A stretch of 60,421 nt of DNA, filler included, from Stramenopiles sp. TOSAG23-2 (lineage: Eukaryota): assembly GCA_900128395.1 (NCBI GenBank). It is 5 parts of 5 records of this genome, joined end to end, with 100 filler letters (N's around TTAATTAATTAA, not from the genome) between each part and the next. Parts side by side here need not be neighbours in the genome. Positions count along the whole stretch, not along the records: positions 12,165 to 24,199 come from LT649883.1; positions 24,300 to 36,317 come from LT649884.1; 3 more parts are not named here. One strand, given 5' to 3'. A program made the position numbers and the translations under genes. The notes below the pieces were generated by a model. The model had not been told where the DNA came from, did not search any database, and saw only the letters and a program-made list of their open reading frames with translations. This document shows positions 13,677 through 24,601 of this stretch, one piece after another. Every line of letters starts with the position of its first letter. The stretch's first letter is position 1.

Positions 13677-15041
13677 ATGGAAAATGATACAACAACAATA
13701 AAAAAAAAACGCCATAGGTTAGAGTTAAACAATTTATTATATACGGTTGTAAAATCAGGTGTACTAGGATTTGCCGGTACATTCTATGTGAAAATGGCAG
13801 TCAATGTAGTCTTACGAGTATTACCATCTGTTGGACAATTAGTAATGTTAAATAAACGTGCATGGTCACGATTTTTTCCAAAATTATTTGAAGATTGTTT
13901 ACCTATTGGGATTGCTTTTGGTGTTATTATGGGTGTCGTACAAGGTATAATGAAAATATTCAAAAGTATGGATCTTGGAACATTAGAAAACTATCGAGCT
14001 GCGATGGCCATTATCATTGCATCACCTACGTTCTTCTTAATACCAGCATCATGGACAGAATGGTTTTCAACTGTTGCATTTTTAAGAGCAATTGAAGTCG
14101 GTGCAAAACGTGGTGTAGAAACTGGATATCTTCCAGAAGTTCCAAATAGTGAATTATTAGTCATGATACCTGGTTCAATTGGCGTTGTCTTAGCATTTGT
14201 ATATTGGCCATTATCAATGGGAAATGGGTATTTATCTTTTTTCAATCAATTTTTTCAACAGAAAGAAGGTATTGTTCAATTTAGACGTGTAATGCTTGGT
14301 CAAAATGTCAATGCAGAATTAATGGATCTAGTTCGAAAAACTGGTCAATATCCATATTTAAATGCACCACCATATCCTAGAGCATTAGTTACATATAGAA
14401 TGTATGATCAAGGTAGACGAAATGTATGGCAAGAATTGATGCATCCATCGATGAGTTATCCTACGTTCATTGCATATTATTTCATGAAAGGTTGGGTACA
14501 AGCATTGGGATATTATTTCACAATTTTTTTATTACCAGCATTAGCATTTGATCCAATGAAATTGATCAGAAATCCATTAGGATGGCTACAAAAATTATTA
14601 CCTGATTTGAATCAAGCTGCTTTGTTTTTAACTTCATATTGTACATTTGCATTTAATTCAGTGCCATTCTCACGATTTTTAGGGATAAATATGACAAATT
14701 TAGGATTAACTGGTGGTGTAATTGCAAGTGTGATAGCTGGTATTGCTGGTGGTATTGCTATTTTAATAGAAAGTCCATGGAGAAGACTTGAAGTGGCACA
14801 ATTTGTATTACAAAAAGGTATGGTATCTGCATGGGAACGTTTTTATAAATATAAAGTATCAGAAAAAACTTTACAAAGATTATATTTTGTATTGTTTACA
14901 TGCAGTACATCATATTTAGTACATGCATATACAAATTATCCACAAAATGTTAGACGATTATATAGAACATTATTTGGCGCTTTAGTTGATGATGGTATAG
15001 AGAAGAAGAAAGAGATGAAGAGGAAGCGAAAGAAACATTGA
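13677..15041 (+). CDS. TMEM135/PMP52-like multi-pass membrane protein
   Basis: Multiple TM segments; C-terminal AILIESPWRRLEVAQFVLQKGMVSAW resembles the TMEM135 E..RR.ELA.Y...RA..S motif. Confidence 0.65.
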   Translation: MENDTTTIKKKRHRLELNNLLYTVVKSGVLGFAGTFYVKMAVNVVLRVLPSVGQLVMLNKRAWSRFFPKLFEDCLPIGIAFGVIMGVVQGIMKIFKSMDLGTLENYRAAMAIIIASPTFFLIPASWTEWFSTVAFLRAIEVGAKRGVETGYLPEVPNSELLVMIPGSIGVVLAFVYWPLSMGNGYLSFFNQFFQQKEGIVQFRRVMLGQNVNAELMDLVRKTGQYPYLNAPPYPRALVTYRMYDQGRRNVWQELMHPSMSYPTFIAYYFMKGWVQALGYYFTIFLLPALAFDPMKLIRNPLGWLQKLLPDLNQAALFLTSYCTFAFNSVPFSRFLGINMTNLGLTGGVIASVIAGIAGGIAILIESPWRRLEVAQFVLQKGMVSAWERFYKYKVSEKTLQRLYFVLFTCSTSYLVHAYTNYPQNVRRLYRTLFGALVDDGIEKKKEMKRKRKKH

Positions 15042-15398
15042 ATAAAATAAATGTGTCTTGTGTGTGTGTGATGTGTGTGTGCCTGGTGTGCTCGCGCGAG
15101 ACGAAACCCCTACCTTACAGTACAGGACAGGAGAAAGTATATTACACACATATATATATATAAAATTATTATTCATCATAAAATAATAATACTACAATAT
15201 TATTTTTAATTTATAAATAAATAAAAATATCAATATAATCTATATAGCCTATACATCATATATAATAACTAAATTGACAACACAATTAAATCGTAGCATT
15301 TTCCAACGGTGTGTATAGAATACATCATAGTTAAAAAGGGTACATACATATATAAAATCACTGCATGAACGTACAACATATATATATAAATTTTTTTA

Positions 15399-17096
15399 AT
15401 GGCTACAATTACTACCACAACTTCTTTATTTGAACAATATTATGCAAAAATTAATTTATTTAATAACATAAATGATGAAGATAATGCAAAAAAGGAATGG
15501 GAAAATGCAGTTGAAATATTAAAAACACCGTTACCTGTATCATTTCGATGGAATTCTGCAATCGATTTTCAAGATAAAGTTAATAATCAAAAATATAAAT
15601 GTAAAAGACCATTATTAGAAAATAATATTCGATATAAAGAACTAGATTTCGTGGACGCATGGGAGTTGAATGTTGATGCAAAATCCTTACAAAATGATAT
15701 AGATAAGAAAAAAGCTTTCCGTTGGATTGTTGCACAAACTCGTAGTGGCGTTATTAGTCGACAGGAAGTTGCATCGATGATTCCTGTATCTTTATTAAAT
15801 ATTGAAAAAAATCACCGTGTATTAGATTTATGCGCAAGTCCGGGTTCCAAGACCAGACAAGCACTTGAAAATTTATGTCATTCGATTGCTATCAAAAATG
15901 ATGATTTAGGTATTGTTATTGCGAATGATGTAAATTTAAAACGTTCATTTATCATTGCAAATAGATGTAATGTATTAGGTTTACATACACAACGGTTATG
16001 TGTAACAAATCATAAAGCTCAAAGTTTTCCAAATATTTCAATCAAAGCTAGTAATAACAACAACCACCACAACAATAATGATGATGATGATGATGATGAA
16101 TATAATAATCAAATTGATGGTCAATACGATCGTATTGTATGTGATGTTCCATGCAGTGGTGATGGAACTTTACGAAAAGATCCAATAATTTGGCAACGTT
16201 GGCATCCTGAATTTAGTATGGAGTTACATCCATTACAAATACAAATTGCAATGCGTGGATTATCATTATTAAAGGTTGGTGGTATTATGGCATATTCAAC
16301 TTGTACATTTAATCCAATAGAAAATGAAGCAGTTGTATCTGAATTATTACGCCGTTGTGGTAATAGTGTTAAAATAATCAAATGTGAATTAAATGGATTT
16401 AAAGTTGGATCTGGAATATCATCCTGGCCTGTATATGATGATGAAATGAATGAATGGACATTAGATGGTTTTAAAGAATCATTGAAAAAACAGAAAGAAA
16501 TGAAAAAAAATAATAACATTCATCAAATGTATAAACTTCCACCTATATTACCAACAATGTTTCCATCAAATCAAAAAAAATTGTCAAGATGCTTAAGAAT
16601 TTTTCCGCATTATAATAATACTGGTGGTTTCTTTGTTTGTTTATTAAAGAAAGTGAATCCATTAAAAATAATACGTAAGAAACAAGGAAAAAAGAAGGTA
16701 GCATCATCATCATCATCATCAATAATGTACAAACAAGAAATGGAACGTATACGTAAACAATCACGTTTACGAAATGGACAAATATACCATGAGGTACCAT
16801 TAAATCAAAGAAAAGCAATTTTAAAGCAATTTAATACAAATATTACACGTAGGGCAAAAATGTACAGTCGCAGTTCAACATTTAAACAAATATTTTTAAC
16901 TTCTAGTGGATTATCAAATTTTTGTTTTAATTCACCTGGTTCAGATCGTTTACATGTAGTAAATGCTGGAACATTAGTATTCCAAAAAAAAAGAAATAGA
17001 AGAAATCAACAAGACTTGAATAGTGCTAAGGATGAAGATGATTATTATGAACCATATAAAAAATTGAGAAAGCGTGTAAAAAAAGTGTTGTTGTAA
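15399..17096 (+). CDS. RNA (cytosine-C5)-methyltransferase, NSUN2/Trm4-like
   Basis: ISRQEVASMIP, VLDLCASPGSKT, YDRIVCDVPCSGDGTLRK, YSTCTFNPIENEAVV, PHYNNTGGFFVC; both catalytic Cys are present. Confidence 0.92.
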   Translation: MATITTTTSLFEQYYAKINLFNNINDEDNAKKEWENAVEILKTPLPVSFRWNSAIDFQDKVNNQKYKCKRPLLENNIRYKELDFVDAWELNVDAKSLQNDIDKKKAFRWIVAQTRSGVISRQEVASMIPVSLLNIEKNHRVLDLCASPGSKTRQALENLCHSIAIKNDDLGIVIANDVNLKRSFIIANRCNVLGLHTQRLCVTNHKAQSFPNISIKASNNNNHHNNNDDDDDDEYNNQIDGQYDRIVCDVPCSGDGTLRKDPIIWQRWHPEFSMELHPLQIQIAMRGLSLLKVGGIMAYSTCTFNPIENEAVVSELLRRCGNSVKIIKCELNGFKVGSGISSWPVYDDEMNEWTLDGFKESLKKQKEMKKNNNIHQMYKLPPILPTMFPSNQKKLSRCLRIFPHYNNTGGFFVCLLKKVNPLKIIRKKQGKKKVASSSSSSIMYKQEMERIRKQSRLRNGQIYHEVPLNQRKAILKQFNTNITRRAKMYSRSSTFKQIFLTSSGLSNFCFNSPGSDRLHVVNAGTLVFQKKRNRRNQQDLNSAKDEDDYYEPYKKLRKRVKKVLL

Positions 17097-17270
17097 AAAA
17101 GCAAAAAAGATAAAAAAATAAATATATTTTAGTTTTTGTAACTCTAAGAGTATGCATATACAATAATACCTCCTCTCTATAGTCGAGTGCCTTGACACTT
17201 TTGCTTCACCTCCTCTTGGTAAAAAATAGATTTGCAGATTACAGAGCATATCATACATTTATATTATATT

Positions 17271-18761
17271 TTACAGTTTACTTTTTTGTTGTTGTTTTTT
17301 TACAATTTCAAACATTACACAATGTTTCAATGCATTTACGAATGTTTCCACTGCAGTAAAATGTGGAGGTGAACTTTCAGGTTTTAAAGCAGGGATAAAC
17401 GATCGTACACACTGGTGCACACCTTTTAATGTAGGGCCAAATCTTTCCATGCTACCATTGCCACGTAAATCCATTGCTTGGCACCCAATAATAGCACTTA
17501 AAGCTGTACATCTGAAGCCAAGCTCAACCATGTTGGATAATCTTCGTGCTGATAAATTAGCCATATTCATTCGGTCTTCAATGCCTTCAGCTTGTGTTGC
17601 TGATGGTGTTTCCGCACTTACAGGTTGAATTAGTGTCTTTGCTTCTGTGCACATTCCTTGCAATGTCCATGCTAATTCAGACAATCCGTTGGAGAAAAAA
17701 GATTTTTCATTTACTAGTGGTTCCAGTCCGGCTGTTAAACCTGTTTCAGATGCCTGTAACATTTTCATTGAACGCTCAGTTTGTGCAGTTAAAACTGGTG
17801 CAAGTGCAATTCTTACATAATCCAATGCTGATGATATGGCTTGCATATCAAAATGTCCAGATGTTATCAACATATTATGTTTTGGCATTGATAACGGATT
17901 CTGCTGGTGTGCATTTAACTCAATGTTTATTTGCATTTTACAAAAATCAAAAATATCATACGCAGCACCAATAATAACTGCACAAGATCGAAATGAAAGA
18001 GGCTCTTGCAAATGTCGTGGCTCTGTTTTAAATATTTTAGACCCGCTTAAACAATAATTAAGTATTTCCAATGCCCTACGATAACCTTTATAGGGACGCA
18101 CAGAGCTTGATATAGGGTAATACGGGGATGGATTTGCTGCAAAACCTTCAATATCAATAGCAGCAACAACACAAAGTTCGTTAAGTAAATTTTTTGCATC
18201 AAAAATGGCAACAGCTGCTGCCGCAGTAGCAATAGAACTTTGTGCAATTAATGGCAAACCTTCAGCTACGCCAACTTTATCGCCATCTAATAAATCTAAT
18301 ACTAGCAAAGGCAATTGTGCAACATCACCAACACCAGTTCCTCCATACATGGGTATTCCTTTTAACGGTGGTCCACTGCATAGTCGCTCTGCAAATTTAA
18401 TTGCTAATTCTGAACGTATCATAGTTCTTCCTGCTGCTATAGAATTTATTAGGCAAATTGTAGAAGCACGAGTAACATCTTGTGGTAAAAATGCACCTTG
18501 TGCTGTTACATGGTCATGTATCATACGGTTGTTAAATTGTATCATTTCCTCCCTTGGTACGCGCCGTGTTTTTCTTGAACCAACACCTACCGACAAACCA
18601 TAAACTGGCCCACCTTTCGCTGTTACAATGCTTGCAAACTCCCGGCCTTTTTTCATATTTTTCAAAGCTTGTGCAGCAAATGATATGCGCAACCTCTCAT
18701 GCCTTGCCGCCTTCACCAATGTATTTATTGTTAAATCTTTCCCAGTAATTATTAAATCCAT
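17271..18761 (-). CDS. Histidine-ammonia-lyase-fold enzyme lacking the MIO-forming ASG (ergothionase-like); C-terminal SKL
   Basis: Likely ATG at 18761 (MDLIITGKDLT). Motifs VYGLSVGVG, GGTGVGDVAQL, LQEPLSFR, NPL, SGHF, GIEDR; ends -KSKL. Confidence 0.85.
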   Translation of the reverse strand: MDLIITGKDLTINTLVKAARHERLRISFAAQALKNMKKGREFASIVTAKGGPVYGLSVGVGSRKTRRVPREEMIQFNNRMIHDHVTAQGAFLPQDVTRASTICLINSIAAGRTMIRSELAIKFAERLCSGPPLKGIPMYGGTGVGDVAQLPLLVLDLLDGDKVGVAEGLPLIAQSSIATAAAAVAIFDAKNLLNELCVVAAIDIEGFAANPSPYYPISSSVRPYKGYRRALEILNYCLSGSKIFKTEPRHLQEPLSFRSCAVIIGAAYDIFDFCKMQINIELNAHQQNPLSMPKHNMLITSGHFDMQAISSALDYVRIALAPVLTAQTERSMKMLQASETGLTAGLEPLVNEKSFFSNGLSELAWTLQGMCTEAKTLIQPVSAETPSATQAEGIEDRMNMANLSARRLSNMVELGFRCTALSAIIGCQAMDLRGNGSMERFGPTLKGVHQCVRSFIPALKPESSPPHFTAVETFVNALKHCVMFEIVKKQQQKSKL

Positions 18762-20012
18762 GCTACATTGCAGCAATAATAATAATATAATACCTAAAAT
18801 CAATTCTTTTACACTGTTCTAATGTTTCTTTTCCTTTTATACTTTCTCTAACTCTCTCCACTTTTATCACTTTACTTATTCCAGAAATTAAATAATATAA
18901 ACAGACAACAAAACCTCCTGAAAAATCTACTACTGCAACTCCTGGAACTATAATAATACTACAAATTACTCGTGGGAAAATATCTAAATCGATCCTAGGG
19001 TCGATTTAAGGAACAAGGTAAAGGAAATAGCATTACAGTACTGTAGTGATGTGTTGGTGTTAAAATGTAGATGAACACAGCATCAGTTAACCCTTTGTTT
19101 TTGATAGTAAATTGTGTATTTTATACTTCTGGTATATGAAGGAAAACATAGCTATACCTAGGAAAATATTCGCCGAATAGTAAAATGAACATAATACTGA
19201 GGAAATTAAAAGAAGCGATACCTAGTGTCAATGCATATATGTTAATAAAATGAATTGGGGTAATACGATCAACGATGACAATACGATATCCGATGAAGGT
19301 AATATGATACTATTAAAGCAGAGTTTTCAAAGATCAAAGTATGGACTTCAAAATCTTAAATGTGCAATTCAAGAAGTGGAAATTTGTATTGACAATGTGC
19401 TCAATCTATATATACATCATATTCTGATTATATTTATATGTTTAATTATATTTTCACCGCAGTGTATGTATGTATATATATCTATATATTATCATAAAAT
19501 GTGTTCATAAATATTATTATTTTGCCAATTATCACAAGAGAGTGCACAACAAAACAACGTTTATTTTTAGAGTAGTCTTTTTTTTTTTTCGGGCATCAAG
19601 AAATCATCTCCCAAACACACATCATAATCACAACGTAAACAATAAAAAGTTAGTAATCCTGTATTAGCTGCTGTACACGTGTTAATGTTAATAGCATAAT
19701 AATAACTCTCGCAAAAGGTACAACCCTACTTCTAACCTGGCTAACAAAACACAACAAAAAAAACAACATTTTGAAATTCGTCATCATCATAAATTCTATA
19801 TATATTAATATATTTTTCAAATAAGAAATATTCTAAATATTATTCTAAATAGAAATATATTAATGTATATGATAAACGAAATGATAGTTGATACAATATA
19901 TATATATATGTATATCAACGTATCAATAACAAGAATAGAACCAGCATATTCTATTTCAATACATACATTATTTTTTTAAGATAATATATATATAAATAAT
20001 ACAGCAACAACC

Positions 20013-20849
20013 ATGCAAAAAAATAAACAACGTGGTTCTGCTATAGCTATGGTTATTGGGCCAATAACGAAAACAAAAGATAAAGGTCCTTGTAAATGTT
20101 ATCATGAAGTTAGTTTTAGATCTATATCCAACGATGATCCATACAATGTAGGTAGTATTCGATTTAGAAATTATTATTGTGCTAGTTTAAAAATAAAACA
20201 ATTATATAAAGATGAAGCTACTGGTAAAGATCGTTGGCGTACTGTTTTAAATGAAAAAAAATTAATGCAAGACCCACATTATGAAGATGATGCTCAAGCA
20301 TGGCATACTGTGCATATATCAGATTTTAATAAAAATAATTTTATTCAAGATGTCAATTATCCATTTCGTTTTTATGTTTCCCAACCATCACCGCATTGGC
20401 GTCGTTTCGAATTGAGGGAAGTGATGTTTTTTGAAAAATCAAAGGAAGATAAATTACAAAAACGACGAAAATCTTCATCAAATATTTTACATAATAGTTT
20501 ACGTGGAAATATAAATAATAATAATAATAATAAAAATAGTTCTTATAATAATGATAGTAGAAACAATCAAAAAAATAGCGCCACTAGTAGTGGATCCGTA
20601 TCTGGTATGCATGGCGATAATAATAATAATCTTGTCTTTTTATCAGGTGATCCAGGTATAAGACGTTTATTAGCATTAGAAGTGAAATCACAAAATTTGT
20701 CAAACATGGTTACAGAATTTGCAACATCAGGTGATTCACGTAATAATCCAATATCCTGTTTATCATTTGAAAATGGTGATATGTCATCTGTTGCTATTGA
20801 AACACCTGTATTGCCAAATAGTAGTAATGATGGAAGGGCATATAAATGA
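20013..20849 (+). CDS. NICN1: Nicolin-1-like (tubulin polyglutamylase complex subunit)
   Basis: IRFRNYYCASL, LMQDPHYEDDAQ and SQPSPHW match the nicolin-1 pattern; followed by a low-complexity tail. Confidence 0.8.
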   Translation: MQKNKQRGSAIAMVIGPITKTKDKGPCKCYHEVSFRSISNDDPYNVGSIRFRNYYCASLKIKQLYKDEATGKDRWRTVLNEKKLMQDPHYEDDAQAWHTVHISDFNKNNFIQDVNYPFRFYVSQPSPHWRRFELREVMFFEKSKEDKLQKRRKSSSNILHNSLRGNINNNNNNKNSSYNNDSRNNQKNSATSSGSVSGMHGDNNNNLVFLSGDPGIRRLLALEVKSQNLSNMVTEFATSGDSRNNPISCLSFENGDMSSVAIETPVLPNSSNDGRAYK

Positions 20850-21060
20850 GTATATGTGCGGAATATTGGATATTTGGTGTGTTTGTGTGTGTGGAAATGA
20901 GATGTTATAGTTTATGCAGTGATTGATAAGCTACCGAGTAGATGAACTGGAGCTAGCAAAGATGCATTTTTTAATTTCTATTTTAATAATACTTGTTACA
21001 GTGACAATTTTAGATATTAATATTGTGTTCCCTACACTGATGACACTACAAAAAAAAACA

Positions 21061-21143
21061 ATTAGCTGGCCAGCTGGCGGCTATGGTAAGCTAACCAGGC
21101 TAACCAGGCTAGCCTGGCTAGCTAGCCTAGCTAGCTAGCTAGT
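21061..21143. repeat. GCTA/CCAGG-rich self-complementary simple repeat
   Basis: gctaaccaggctaaccaggctagcctggctagctagcctagctagctagctag between convergent genes. Confidence 0.7.
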
Positions 21144-21511
21144 ATAATACAGTATCTTCTATCTTCTATTAGCGGTGCTCCTATCTCAGACTAAGCCGCC
21201 CCTGCTATTTAATGCTATTTTTTTTAATGCCACAGACTTTTTTTCCTGATCTTAGTATACAAAAAGTAAGAGTGTAGGAGTTAGTAGTTTGCAATATATA
21301 GGAGGTATGTAGCGTTTTACTCTATTCTTGATCTTACTATTACCTAATAATATCTTCAAATTTCAAATGGTAGCAGGTTGCTATTATACTCAAATAAAAC
21401 GAATATATACGGTAAATTATTCGCATTACAATATATATCTATTGAAAATTTAATTATTACATTTTTAATATTTTAAAAACATTTATTTATTTATTTGGAA
21501 CATAAATTCTT

Positions 21512-22756
21512 TCAACTAAGAATTGTCCTATCATTCCAATTTCGTTCTAGGCGTTTCAATTTTTTCTTATGCATAACTTTATAGCGACGTGTTGACGTTA
21601 ACTTCAAGCGCTTCTCACGACGTTTAGCTTGCATCATGCTTAAATAACTATGTGCATCGGATGGATTGGTATCGATATGAGATTTTACGTGGTCTATTCT
21701 ATTGATATAACTTGCTAATCTATTTTTCCATATTCGTATTTGTTCATGACTTGCTTTCATTTTTAATGTTTTTGGAATATCGAGGTCTTCACATCTATCT
21801 ACTACCCTTGCCTTATTTAAGCGTTCTCTAAATTGCAATGCTAACGGGTCACCGCTGGAATCTAAACATTTGCTCACTGATACCATTCGCTTATGATGTA
21901 TCTCAAATAATCGTGAAAGTTCATATTGATATGATAAACTTTTTGTCTCATCTTGATATGTCAATTCTAATGGCTGATGAAAATCTGTTGGTTTTTCCAC
22001 TTTTCTTTTCACCTTTCCAACCGTTCTAACAGACATGCGAAGTTTAGCCCATCCTTTCTTGGCATTTTTTGATAAAACTTTTGGAGCTTGATCAGTCTTT
22101 TCCGTTGTCTCATCTTTATTATCATTATCATTATTATTTACAACGGGTGTAATAACATTGTTTTTCATCTCCTCCATTACCTCTATTACCTCTTCTCCCC
22201 CACCGTCACTACTTGGCACAGCATATGGGTTACCTTTTCTTCTTCTACTTCTACTACTACTTGTTGGACGGTCTTGTCTACTTCTACGCGCCGAGCTACC
22301 ACGGCGATATCGTCGACGCCTGCCATCTTTTGATCCATTCGATCTTATGGATCTATTTGATCTGCTTGACCTAGCAGATGAAACTGATCTTCTTGAACGA
22401 TATGATTTTATACTACTACCATCTGATATTGAACCGTAGTTATAGTCTGCATCACGCAATTGATTATCATTAATATTCACATTGTCACTTGTCATAGGCG
22501 ATCGTTGACGACGACGACCTTTTGAGCTTAGTGGGCGCTGCATACGCCTTTTAGGGGACATTTGGACGGTTGAAATGTTATGATTTTGGTTATTCGTATA
22601 ACCACTGGTGGTATCTTCAATTACATATGCGTTGCTAATATTACTATTTTCTCTTGGAACTTCATCGATACTTTTTGTAGGACGAACTTTATGCGGCGCA
22701 GATGTTGGCCTTGGTGGATATACCTGGCGCATTCCAGAATCCTCAATATCAGACAT
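21512..22756 (-). CDS. Hypothetical basic Arg/Ser-rich protein; C-terminus weakly CFAP97-domain-like
   Basis: 414-aa ORF with host-like composition; two H..R....K..(I/L)D-like segments (HHKRMVSVSKCLDS; YINRIDHVKSHIDTNP). Confidence 0.6.
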   Translation of the reverse strand: MSDIEDSGMRQVYPPRPTSAPHKVRPTKSIDEVPRENSNISNAYVIEDTTSGYTNNQNHNISTVQMSPKRRMQRPLSSKGRRRQRSPMTSDNVNINDNQLRDADYNYGSISDGSSIKSYRSRRSVSSARSSRSNRSIRSNGSKDGRRRRYRRGSSARRSRQDRPTSSSRSRRRKGNPYAVPSSDGGGEEVIEVMEEMKNNVITPVVNNNDNDNKDETTEKTDQAPKVLSKNAKKGWAKLRMSVRTVGKVKRKVEKPTDFHQPLELTYQDETKSLSYQYELSRLFEIHHKRMVSVSKCLDSSGDPLALQFRERLNKARVVDRCEDLDIPKTLKMKASHEQIRIWKNRLASYINRIDHVKSHIDTNPSDAHSYLSMMQAKRREKRLKLTSTRRYKVMHKKKLKRLERNWNDRTILS

Positions 22757-24199
22757 ATTGAATTATAAGAATATGTCTCTATGTATGTATGGATGGATTT
22801 GGAAGTATCGGTTTGTTATATAAAATGATTTTATCTAAGTATGTATGTGTGTGTGTGTGTGTGTATTAATATTGTTGTGCTATTGTTTTGTTTTGCTATT
22901 TATAATATAAGATCATTTTTCTACTACTTACTTCATAGTGCCATACTGTGCCCATAGTCATTCATTATATTTGAACAATACATAATAAAAAGGCTGTTGC
23001 AGTATTATACGTATTACTATTATGTTATCCAGAGGCTCTTTCGATGCTGGTAATGTGCAAGCCGCAAGTGCTATAAAATGAACTGTAAAAATACTTCATC
23101 AGTAAATCGATACATAGGATCTATACTTACTAAAGTACACACACCTTCTCGCGTGTATAAAACTTTCTTCATGAGCTCTTCGAATAATAATATATATTAA
23201 TATGCGCGATGTATATATAATCACATCATGTGTGGCACTATGTGTACACATTAGCATTTAACTGTGTAAATGTACATAAACAATACCCGAGTATATAACG
23301 AGATAGAAATACAATTCATATATTATATATAATTAGTGAGGAAGGAATAGAAATAAAAAAATAAACGATGTATCGCGTAATACATATTCAAATATTTAAT
23401 ATCTGTTATTATTACACAAAAAAATGGTGCGGGTATGTTTACATCAAATACTATGTATTGTGATACGAAATTGGATTCATTTGTTAAAGTACCATGGGAA
23501 AATCCAACCATGCATTGTATTGTAACTGTTTATGGTATTGCTATATTCCCTTACAAAAATGATGATTTGGAATAAGTATTATGTACATTGCAAGAGAAGA
23601 ACACATTTTAATATCGGTAGGTTGATAGTGTGATATACGCGTTTATTATTTTGTAAAATGTTTTTGTCACAAACGAACCAGAGAGAGTGTGGTTACGATA
23701 AAAAACTATATATATTAATTTCGTACGCGTACGAAAAAAGTACCAAAATGATTTTTAATATAACAATATATTTATCTTTAAAATTTTAGCACCACATAAA
23801 AAATAAATGCGATGTGTGGTGTAAACTATACGGTATTATAATCTCGCGCATCATATTTGAACACTGAAATAAATCACAAGAGTATTAAAAAATACGACCC
23901 GTCGTATATAAATATTAATACTCGTAATAAATAATATTTTTAAACAGAGAGAGAGAGGATTTTTTTAAAATTATCACGCCACGCACACACCGGCCCTAAA
24001 TCTGTTTTGAATTAATCATTTTATTTGACAATTTTTTACAATTTCTTCACAACAAAACCATCCTTATTATCTCCACCTAAATTTAATTCAGTTTCATGAA
24101 AGTCTATCAATGCTAAGCGCTTTGATATTGTAATACATACGATATTTTTACTAACAGCTGCTTTATAAAGTCTTTCTTCAACATCCACACTTACTGCAT

Positions 24200-24299
24200 N
24201 NNNNNNNNNNNNNNNNNNNNNNNNNNNNNNNNNNNNNNNNNNNTTAATTAATTAANNNNNNNNNNNNNNNNNNNNNNNNNNNNNNNNNNNNNNNNNNNN
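24200..24299. other. Artificial contig-joining spacer
   Basis: N44-TTAATTAATTAA-N44. Confidence 0.98.
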
Positions 24300-24601
24300 T
24301 CAAAATGGAAATTTCGGGAAAATTTGAATTTATTTTGGAAAGATAGGGCGAATTACGGAATATTCCGTAATTCCCCCGTTAGGGGATAATTAGAATAATA
24401 ATAAATAAGCATGAAATTCAGTGAATAATGTGACAAATTATATATAAACCATACACGCAAATATATGGTAGATACGTATACAAATAGATTACCATTCAAG
24501 TGAAAAGATAATATAGTGTAGATATTAATTATTATCCCCTCCTTGTTGTTTTTTTAAAGAAATTATAAGATATATATATATATATTACGACGACCTAAAC
24601 C

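Noticed and set aside
19250-19667. Short ORFs between the lyase and NICN1
   Set aside because: No recognisable motif, and they run into AT-rich low-complexity DNA. At most a degraded remnant.
23323-23580. Short open frames on both strands in the contig-2 tail
   Set aside because: About 60 codons with no recognisable homology or clear splice structure.
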